The translations under genes and the position numbers were made by a program. The notes below the pieces were generated by a model. The model was not told the origin of the DNA and made no database searches. It saw nothing but the letters and a program-made list of their open reading frames with translations. From a virus, in IMG/VR virus record IMGVR_UViG_3300033984_000473, positions 91,393 through 155,392 of that record: a stretch of 64,000 nucleotides of DNA; one strand, given 5' to 3'. Below are positions 57,078 through 64,000 of this stretch, piece by piece. Each line of letters opens with the position of its first letter. The first letter of the stretch is position 1.

Positions 57078-57591
57078 TTTGTTTAAATTTTTTGTTTGCC
57101 ATTTCAATACTAGCAGCGATTGTGTCAACTAAAGTATTATAAATGATTGGGTTATATAATTCGTTTTCTTTGGCAACAGCTTCCCACATGATGTCTAAAT
57201 AACCCATACGATAAGCATCGTCTGGTCTACCATAAATCATTTTTTGTGGTTCTCTACCTTGCCAGTAACCAAACTCCATATTGGTTGTTAGAGCAATAAG
57301 TTCTCTAGTTCTTGGTATCCAAAATAAGACACAATCAGCTTTTTTAAGACCATTATATTCCCACATAGGAATCCAAGCCTTGTCTTTATCTGATTCAGTC
57401 TTAGAAGTAAATTCTGGGATGATTAAATCACCTTCAAATCCTTGACGTTTAAATTCTTCAATAGCCTCAAAACGCCATGATGTTAAATGAGGTTGATTTC
57501 CTCTTACAGTTGGTCCAGCTAAGAAAACTGAAGGTCTGTTTATCGACCTTACAGTATCTTCTGATTCTTCATATCTATGTACTTGTACCAT
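57070..57591 (-). CDS. nucleoside 2-deoxyribosyltransferase-like (NDT-fold) protein
   Basis: SVFLAGPTVRG and ADCVLFWIP...ALTTNMEFGYWQG. Confidence 0.5.
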   Translation of the reverse strand: MVQVHRYEESEDTVRSINRPSVFLAGPTVRGNQPHLTSWRFEAIEEFKRQGFEGDLIIPEFTSKTESDKDKAWIPMWEYNGLKKADCVLFWIPRTRELIALTTNMEFGYWQGREPQKMIYGRPDDAYRMGYLDIMWEAVAKENELYNPIIYNTLVDTIAASIEMANKKFKQND

Positions 57592-58088
57592 TATGAATTT
57601 TTGTTAAATGTTTCTCTTACTCGCATAATGGCTTCACCTAACCAGTTTTTGCCTTGCCATTTGCTTTTGTCTTCGATGTTTCTGTGGTCAACACCCATTC
57701 CAATACCCCAAATCTTGTCGTATGGACTAGCCTCAACAATTTCTTTGTCATCAGTTTTCATTAACTCAACCTTTAGACTAGGATTTTGTGTGAATTTAGC
57801 CAAGTTACCTTGATAAACAAATTCTCTACACACTTCATTCCATCTGTCTGTGTTAAAGTTTTTAACTGTACGACCCAAAGATTTTTGGTCAACTGGTCTA
57901 GAGGCAGCCATGATAGCATCGTGACTCTCTTGGTCGTTGAATGTCAATGCTTTCATCGCCATCATGTATTGCTCACAGCAATTATATTCGATTCCAGCAA
58001 TGCTGAATTTAGACGAATACCACTGACTGTAGATTCCATTCCAAAAGAATACGAATTCATCAGTTGTTTTTTCGTTTGTATTTTTCAT
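57591..58088 (-). CDS. NADAR (DUF1768 / YbiA-like) family protein
   Basis: FVFFWNG, YNCCEQYMMAMKALTFND, VMYQGNLAKFTQNPSLKVELMKT and DKIWGIG match the NADAR signature. Confidence 0.85.
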   Translation of the reverse strand: MKNTNEKTTDEFVFFWNGIYSQWYSSKFSIAGIEYNCCEQYMMAMKALTFNDQESHDAIMAASRPVDQKSLGRTVKNFNTDRWNEVCREFVYQGNLAKFTQNPSLKVELMKTDDKEIVEASPYDKIWGIGMGVDHRNIEDKSKWQGKNWLGEAIMRVRETFNKNS

Positions 58089-58089
58089 T

Positions 58090-58479
58090 TTAAATAGTTT
58101 TTTTAGTCGTGCTTCTATGAAATTCAATCAATTCCACACTTTTTATTTCTAACCCTTTGGTATATGTGAAAGTTTCAAGTCTTTCTTTTATCATATCCAA
58201 GTGTTCCTGTGTTGGTTCTTCATCAAAGAAAATCACAACACCTTTATTGGTACCACCATCTATATCGTTACCCAACGCTACTGGTCTATACGTACCATTA
58301 TCATCAGCTTCATTTCCGATAACATCATCGAAAAATTCTGCAACAGTTTCATCGATTAATTCGTCACCAACTTCACAATCACCAACGTGACCAGTTAGGT
58401 GTGCACACATTTCTCTTTCAAAGTTTCCAGCGTACTGATTAGTTTCAATCAATACAGCAAATTTAGCTCTCATTCCCAT
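58090..58479 (-). CDS. hypothetical protein (129 aa)
   Basis: ORF in gene train. Confidence 0.5.
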   Translation of the reverse strand: MGMRAKFAVLIETNQYAGNFEREMCAHLTGHVGDCEVGDELIDETVAEFFDDVIGNEADDNGTYRPVALGNDIDGGTNKGVVIFFDEEPTQEHLDMIKERLETFTYTKGLEIKSVELIEFHRSTTKKTI

Positions 58480-59084
58480 TATTCTAAGTTTTTAAGTGCG
58501 TTAGCTTTATGGTTTGCACTAATTTTGTCATACAAACCAGATACAAGACTATAAGTGTATTCAAATAATCTTCGGAATGGGTTATTTAACAACGTACCCA
58601 ACAATGATAAAGGCCAGTATGAAATCCAAGCTACAATCGAAGCTTTATTATCCAATCCTTTCGGCATGATTTTATTTGCGATATCTGATGTAGTTTTAAC
58701 ATCACTACTATAAACACTAATACCAACAAGTCTTAATTTTTCACACAAATTAACGATATAGTTTGGTGCTTTTAATTCATCAACTTTATTAGCCACAGTT
58801 TTAAATTTTCGATATACTGATTTTACAAACTCATTCCATTTTAAGAATGACCATATAACCCCACATATCAAATACCCTACGATAAATAAAACGGTTACGA
58901 GTATGTTGGCGGTCATAAAGGTCCATGCAATACCACCGTAGTTCCAAATTAATAATGCGATAGCTAAACTAAAAGCTGTTGTCGCAGTTCCTTCTGATTG
59001 TAATTCTAGTGATATAATAATCACCAACGCTGCGATAATACTAAACCATAGTATGAATGTCGCACTTGCTAATAATGTTAACAT
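58479..59084 (-). CDS. integral membrane protein (201 aa)
   Basis: Several TM helices. Confidence 0.5.
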   Translation of the reverse strand: MLTLLASATFILWFSIIAALVIIISLELQSEGTATTAFSLAIALLIWNYGGIAWTFMTANILVTVLFIVGYLICGVIWSFLKWNEFVKSVYRKFKTVANKVDELKAPNYIVNLCEKLRLVGISVYSSDVKTTSDIANKIMPKGLDNKASIVAWISYWPLSLLGTLLNNPFRRLFEYTYSLVSGLYDKISANHKANALKNLE

Positions 59085-59096
59085 GTTTTTCTTTTT

Positions 59097-60662
59097 TTAA
59101 ATTGTTATTTTTGCTCTTTCTCTAATTTCTTCGAATGTGTAATCAACAAGGATTTCACCATTTCTAAATACTTCAACCAATTCATCTGTTACTGAATCAA
59201 AGTCAGCATCCATTGATGTAACGGTTCTGTATGTACCATCATCATTCTTAACTAATTTAAGCTTTCCTTGCTTAGATTTTTTGAATGATTTTGTAATGTT
59301 ACCATCAGCATCCATTTCAGTTGGTGACTTAACAATATTTCTTTCTTCACCATTAACAATTGCATAACATGCTTTGGTTGCGAAGTTTTGCGTATCTCTG
59401 TTGATATCTGCTTGTAGCAATTTACCACCCATACCCAACGCTAAGTTCTCTGGAGAGATTTTCAATTCATCTAACATTGCGTAGATTTCTCTGATTGAAT
59501 CCAAATTTACACCATCACCTTGAATAACACGTACTTGTGGTGGCAATACCTTGTAACCTTTTTCATTGGTTGTGTAACCAAATTTATCGAATAAGATGTT
59601 GAAGATTTCTTTTAAAGTCATCAATACATCACCAGAATCTGGGCGTATAACCAATTGATTCCCTGGAGTTGCTGGTCTTGATAAAACCAATTCTTTCAAC
59701 TCAGTTCCCCAATACTCAGAACATGCTCTGAAAATGTTAAATGAATCTGATACACACGCAACCAATCCAGTAGGATAAGTTTTCAATACACGCATCATAA
59801 GTGCTAACTCACCTTCTTCACCGTTTAGGGTCATGATTGAGTGCTCTGTTGCTGGGATTGATAAACCATACACAGTTTCTGTGTTATAAAGGTCACGGAT
59901 TAATTTTGATGCTACTACGGTGTCTGAACCTCTAAAGTTCACCAAGTGAGCAGAACCACCAATCTTAGCTGATTGTACACTTGATACACCACGGAAACCG
60001 AAGTCATTCAATACGAAATCAACAAGGAAGTCGATAAGGCCAGCATCATACGCTGTTCCTTTTACGAATGCGGCAGTAACGATTTTTCTTACTTCTCTAG
60101 AAAGTGAAGCAACGGTAATCGGATACCAAACTTGAAGCAATATTGACTCTAAGAAGTTGGTCAACCATGCACATTCTGGGTCAAGACTTTCAATTACGAA
60201 TAACACATTTTTAGTGTTAACGATAGTTCCTTCTGGAACCGCCTTGATGCTGATAGGTAATTTCCCATCATATTTGTCAACGATGTAATCAAACTTGCTT
60301 CTATCGAATACACCATCACGACCAAAGATACCTAATTCATTACCTAACATATCGTTAGCTTCATCAACTTCTTCTTTTGTAATAGCAATACCCTCTAAGT
60401 ATTGTTTAAGTACAATCTGTAAACCATAGAATACGGTTTCTGAAAATTTACCACCTCTTGATTCCATGTATGAAACCATCTTGGTCATTTCAGAACCATA
60501 GAATTTGTGGTGTGAATATTTGTAACCATCGGAACATAAGACCAAGTTATCTGGCTTAGTGATGATTTTAGTAAGGTATTTTTGCATACCTTCAATACTA
60601 GACCAGTCTTTATTTTGAATGGCTGTCGCTAAATTCGTAGCTAATTGTGTTTGTAAACTCAT
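59097..60662 (-). CDS. nadV: nicotinamide phosphoribosyltransferase (NAMPT / NadV)
   Basis: CSDGYKYSHHKFY, FGFRG, GSDT, SIPATEHS, VIRPDSGD, QGDGV conserved NAMPT motifs; start moved to MSLQT past the promoter. Confidence 0.9.
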   Translation of the reverse strand: MSLQTQLATNLATAIQNKDWSSIEGMQKYLTKIITKPDNLVLCSDGYKYSHHKFYGSEMTKMVSYMESRGGKFSETVFYGLQIVLKQYLEGIAITKEEVDEANDMLGNELGIFGRDGVFDRSKFDYIVDKYDGKLPISIKAVPEGTIVNTKNVLFVIESLDPECAWLTNFLESILLQVWYPITVASLSREVRKIVTAAFVKGTAYDAGLIDFLVDFVLNDFGFRGVSSVQSAKIGGSAHLVNFRGSDTVVASKLIRDLYNTETVYGLSIPATEHSIMTLNGEEGELALMMRVLKTYPTGLVACVSDSFNIFRACSEYWGTELKELVLSRPATPGNQLVIRPDSGDVLMTLKEIFNILFDKFGYTTNEKGYKVLPPQVRVIQGDGVNLDSIREIYAMLDELKISPENLALGMGGKLLQADINRDTQNFATKACYAIVNGEERNIVKSPTEMDADGNITKSFKKSKQGKLKLVKNDDGTYRTVTSMDADFDSVTDELVEVFRNGEILVDYTFEEIRERAKITI

Positions 60663-60691
60663 ATTGTTAAATTTTTTGTTCTTATTTGATA

Positions 60692-60723
60692 CAAAGGTAC
60701 TAAAAGTTTTTTGGATAACCAAA
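60692..60723 (-). promoter_or_regulatory. promoter (-33 TTTG / -7 TACCTTTG) for nadV
   Basis: gatacaaaggtactaaaagttttttggataaccaaat. Confidence 0.6.
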
Positions 60724-60738
60724 TATTATATCGATTAT

Positions 60739-61080
60739 TTATTCATTCGTATTCACGATTAAAACTTTTTTACCTAATTTGTTTGCTTTATTGATACTAT
60801 CTTTAGTACCCTTAGATTCCATATCCCAAAAAGCTACTACTAATTCAGAAGCTTCCACTATCTGGGTATTCCTTAAAAAACCAGCAATTTTGCCATAGGC
60901 TTTCCAATCTGGTTTAAATATAAGAGTTTCAATACCATTTTCTTTGGCATAATCCTCACCCAACGTATCAGCACCAGCGGCACCACCACTTATTATCAAT
61001 GTTATACCTAATGGTTGTAGTGTTTTCTTTACTAATTCATAATCAGTAAAGCCTCGACTACCTATAATAGCTACTTTCAT
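60739..61080 (-). CDS. SLOG-superfamily protein (DUF2493 / YspA-like)
   Basis: IIGSRGF...ISGGAAGADTLGEDYAKENGI...FLRNTQIVEASELVVAFWD. Confidence 0.65.
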   Translation of the reverse strand: MKVAIIGSRGFTDYELVKKTLQPLGITLIISGGAAGADTLGEDYAKENGIETLIFKPDWKAYGKIAGFLRNTQIVEASELVVAFWDMESKGTKDSINKANKLGKKVLIVNTNE

Positions 61081-62576
61081 TAGTAATTACTTAATGTACC
61101 CTTGTTATTTCTAACAATAACACTAGTAGGTTTTAATTCTTTTGGGCTAGTTAACCCCATAGCACCCAAAACTTCACGAATTTCATGAATTACAGCTGTA
61201 TGATAGTTAAAAACACGTACTTTTTTCTCTTCTGGGTTCAACGCACTGATTAAATGCTTGTTTTGAGTAGCAATTCCTACTGGACATGTGTTCATATTAC
61301 ACTCTCTAGCTTGAATACATCCTAAACTAAGCATAAATGCACGTGCTGCGTTAACAATATCAGCACCCAACGCCAATAATTTGATAATATCGAATGAGTT
61401 GCTAGCTTTTCCAGATGCAATAAGAGTAATTTTGTCTCTCAAGTCGTATTGTTTAAGTGTTTTATTAACAAAAATCAACGCATCTACTAGTGGCATACCA
61501 ACATTATTGGTAAAAACTATCGGTGCAGCACCTGTTCCACCCTCTCCACCATCAATTGTGATGAAATCTGGGTATATTTTTAGTTCTTTCATAGTATACA
61601 CCAACGATATGAACTCACTTTCATCACCTAGACATAGTTTTATACCTATAGGTAACCCATCAGATAGGTCTCTAAGCTCACTTATGAACTCTAATAACTC
61701 TTTATGGTTAGTAAATGCACTATGGTATGGGGGACTCATTACATCTACATGTGGTTCTACCCCACGTATGTCAGCAATTTCTTGAGTATTCTTAGATGCT
61801 GGGAGAATACCACCATGACCAGGCTTGGCCCCTTGTGATAATTTTATCTCTACCATCTTGATACTCTTATTATTTAATATAGTATCAAAAAATCTAGGTG
61901 TTGAAAATACACGTCTACCATCAACTGTTCTGCCAGCACCAAAGTAACCAGTTCCAATTTGGAAACATAAATCCCCACCATTCTCTACATGATAAGGACT
62001 AACACCACCTTCACCTGTATTGTGATAGAAGTTACCTAGCTTGGCACCACCATTCAATGCTCGAACAGCAGCATCTGACAAAGCTCCGTAACTCATTGCA
62101 CTAATGTTAAAGATACTAGCCGAATAAGGATGGCGACAGTTTTCACCACCAATCGTTACACGAGGCTCAGCAATCAATGAAATGTCTTTAGGGAACATAG
62201 AATGACCTAAGAACTCGTAACCTTCCTTATACACGTCTAATTGCGTTCCGAAGGGTGTTGTGTTGATTTCACCTTTGGCTTTTTGATAGACATCAGAACG
62301 TTTCTCACGATTGTATGGTGTTCCGTTGGTATCGTGCTCAATAAAGTATTGTTGTATCTTTGAACGTTCCGACTCAAAAACCCATCTAAGTCTTGCAACT
62401 AATGGGTAGTTTTTAAGTAGAGCATGTTTTGTTTGGAATATGTCGTGAATCACAACAATTAACGCAACTAAAAACAAGGTTGCTAATATCCATAAACCTA
62501 AGCTTTGAACTATGTAAGAAATTACACCCAAGGCTATTGTCCAATAAACAAAAAAGATTACGATTTTATCTCTCAT
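61080..62576 (-). CDS. glutamate-synthase-domain (GltS FMN-binding, PF01645-like) oxidoreductase with N-terminal TM anchor
   Basis: GLGCIQARECNMNTCPVGIATQN and GGEGGTGAAP signatures. Confidence 0.75.
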   Translation of the reverse strand: MRDKIVIFFVYWTIALGVISYIVQSLGLWILATLFLVALIVVIHDIFQTKHALLKNYPLVARLRWVFESERSKIQQYFIEHDTNGTPYNREKRSDVYQKAKGEINTTPFGTQLDVYKEGYEFLGHSMFPKDISLIAEPRVTIGGENCRHPYSASIFNISAMSYGALSDAAVRALNGGAKLGNFYHNTGEGGVSPYHVENGGDLCFQIGTGYFGAGRTVDGRRVFSTPRFFDTILNNKSIKMVEIKLSQGAKPGHGGILPASKNTQEIADIRGVEPHVDVMSPPYHSAFTNHKELLEFISELRDLSDGLPIGIKLCLGDESEFISLVYTMKELKIYPDFITIDGGEGGTGAAPIVFTNNVGMPLVDALIFVNKTLKQYDLRDKITLIASGKASNSFDIIKLLALGADIVNAARAFMLSLGCIQARECNMNTCPVGIATQNKHLISALNPEEKKVRVFNYHTAVIHEIREVLGAMGLTSPKELKPTSVIVRNNKGTLSNY

Positions 62577-63580
62577 TAGTATTTGATTAATTTATCAGTC
62601 ACCACTTTTTTCAAGAATGTTTTCATCAACTCAACGTGTTCTGGAACAATCTTATCTTCAACCTTAAAGCCATAGTCAACCTTTGGAATGTGCCCATCAC
62701 CTTGACTTGGTTCTGTTATTACATTTAAGAAATCTTTTAAGTCGAACCAACGAACTTCAGCGATATCGTCAGAAGCTTCTGGACGACCCATTTGGTCCCA
62801 TTCGTATGTCATAAACAATGTTGTCATGATACCAGATTCCTCTTTGGCGTATCTCCAATCTTCAACAGCTTGACTGCAAATATAAGTCATACCCAATGCT
62901 GATAACTTGGTTTCTTCCATCAACTCTCTACGAGCAGCCATTTCCCAGTTTACATCGTCACGGTCAACAAAACCACCAACAAATCTAAAAAGAGTTTCTG
63001 CTGGTTTTCTAGCCAAAAGGATTTGTCCTTCTCTAGCTACAACAACATCAACGGTTGCATAGGTTACTGGTCTTTGTTTTGAGATACCATAGATTATACC
63101 AGCTCTAAAATCTTCACTTTCTTCAACAGTTTGTGCTGCTAAACCTCTGATTTCAGTAGCGTTGTGAGATTCGATTGGTGTAAATTCTTCTACATGGTGT
63201 CTACCATGATAGTGAGGGATAAAAGAATCACGACTACCGTAAATGATAGCTTGTTTCTCTGGAAATATAGTTCTGATAGTGTTATCAAGGTTTGTTGACC
63301 ATTTTTCGTCACTTCTATTATCTTCTAAAGGTAGAACTATAACATTAGGATACGTATTTTGTATCATTTTCTTTCTGGTAGGAAAATCCAAAGGATTTCT
63401 TTTTGTATTCTGGATTCTAGCGATACCTAGAAATACAATAACATTTGAGTGTTTGTTGGTTACATGGTTAAGTAACCCTTTATGACCATCATGTAGATAA
63501 GGCGTTTCAAATCTACCAATAATAATCCCAATTGCTTCCGCTTCGTTTAATTTTTTCATGTTTCTAATTTTATAATACAA
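62576..63580 (-). CDS. nadM: bifunctional NMN adenylyltransferase / Nudix hydrolase (NadM-Nudix, NatV-like)
   Basis: Nucleotidyltransferase GIIIGRFETPYLHDGH (HxGH); C-terminal Nudix box GGFVDRDDVNWEMAARRELMEETKL. Confidence 0.85.
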   Translation of the reverse strand: MYYKIRNMKKLNEAEAIGIIIGRFETPYLHDGHKGLLNHVTNKHSNVIVFLGIARIQNTKRNPLDFPTRKKMIQNTYPNVIVLPLEDNRSDEKWSTNLDNTIRTIFPEKQAIIYGSRDSFIPHYHGRHHVEEFTPIESHNATEIRGLAAQTVEESEDFRAGIIYGISKQRPVTYATVDVVVAREGQILLARKPAETLFRFVGGFVDRDDVNWEMAARRELMEETKLSALGMTYICSQAVEDWRYAKEESGIMTTLFMTYEWDQMGRPEASDDIAEVRWFDLKDFLNVITEPSQGDGHIPKVDYGFKVEDKIVPEHVELMKTFLKKVVTDKLIKY

Positions 63581-63612
63581 AGGTACAAAAAAAATCCCGA
63601 TAAAACAAATTA
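63578..63612 (-). promoter_or_regulatory. promoter for nadM; its -33 lies inside the upstream terminator hairpin
   Basis: aatacaaaggtacaaaaaaaatcccgataaaacaaatt. Confidence 0.55.
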
Positions 63613-63618
63613 TCGGGA
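63588..63618 (-). terminator. rho-independent terminator
   Basis: CCCGATAA-AACAAA-TTATCGGG perfect 8-bp hairpin followed on the minus strand by T8. Confidence 0.65.
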
Positions 63619-63628
63619 AATATTTTTA

Positions 63629-64000
63629 TTAAACTTTGAAACCCATTGATTGTTTCTCTTTTTCAACTTGACTTGAGTAGAATCCTTTGTAAGATTCATT
63701 TATAAGACTCACAGTATCTTCAATACTCCAGTTTTCATCATCCTCAGACATTTCTTTGATGTTGTCAGCCAAGTTGGCAATGAACGCACCAGTAATGTTA
63801 ACCTTCTTTCCATTTATCTTACCATTCAAGGCAGCATAAACTTCTTCTGTTTGCCATTTCTCTGGTAAGTGGATATTACATACCTTGATGATTTGGTTTT
63901 CATCTAAGAAACTGTAATCTAACGTGAAGTTAAATCTTCCAGGTCTTTCAGCCGCTTTATCAACAAGTCCTTTATCATTGGTAGAGGCCAAAAGGCTAAT
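63629..64000 (-). CDS. AAA+ ATPase, C-terminal part (gene continues beyond window)
   Basis: Sensor-2 AAERPGRF motif; no in-window start. Confidence 0.55.
   Translation of the reverse strand: MSLLASTNDKGLVDKAAERPGRFNFTLDYSFLDENQIIKVCNIHLPEKWQTEEVYAALNGKINGKKVNITGAFIANLADNIKEMSEDDENWSIEDTVSLINESYKGFYSSQVEKEKQSMGFKV

Noticed and set aside
1-64000. CRISPR arrays, integrase or att sites, rRNA genes, transposases
   Set aside because: No regularly spaced direct repeats, no tyrosine or serine recombinase motifs, no rRNA-like conserved stretches. The only mobile-type genes are the two endonuclease cassettes.

Overview
This 64 kb window is almost entirely one minus-strand gene train from an AT-rich virulent phage. 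Nearly every gene is preceded, within about 25 nt, by a conserved ~35-nt element that matches the Bacteroidetes sigma-A promoter (-33 TTTG, 19-20 nt spacer, -7 TAnnTTTG). From this I infer the host is a Bacteroidetes bacterium, probably Flavobacteriia-like. Recognisable content: (i) 50.5-63.6 kb holds an NAD+ salvage and ADP-ribose processing cluster: PRPP synthetase, NAMPT, bifunctional NMNAT-Nudix, Sir2, macro domain, NADAR, two NDT-like proteins, a SLOG/DUF2493 protein and a GltS-type FMN protein. A separate ADP-ribosylglycohydrolase lies at 1.3-2.1 kb and a stand-alone Nudix at 46.4 kb. (ii) There is a translation and RNA toolkit: SmpB, IF-3, RNase R, a sigma-70 factor, a Thg1-like tRNA 5'-end repair enzyme, a PhyH-like oxygenase, and a 2.4 kb ORF-free block (29.1-31.5 kb) packed with minus-strand tRNA and tRNA-like elements. 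Several of those elements lack a canonical anticodon arm. (iii) Mobile and selfish elements: a plus-strand HNH-AP2 homing endonuclease with its own promoters, and a second endonuclease-like gene (three zinc-ribbon repeats plus a Vsr/DUF559 nuclease fold) flanked by a duplicated 32-nt segment. (iv) Also present: three metallophosphatases, HAD-like phosphatases, three AAA+ ATPases, an SPFH lipoprotein, a ParB-like protein next to a GC-rich non-coding island, a GIY-YIG protein, and many small hypothetical and membrane proteins. Many ORF-track N-termini (for example 'MYSNL...', 'MKYYMYLCT...') are TTG-start artefacts that read through the promoter -7 box; I corrected those starts. I found no CRISPR array, no rRNA and no integrase. 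All functional calls rest on motif recognition by eye and need HMM or BLAST confirmation. Coordinates I derived myself (RNA elements, promoters, terminators, small ORFs) may be off by a few nt.
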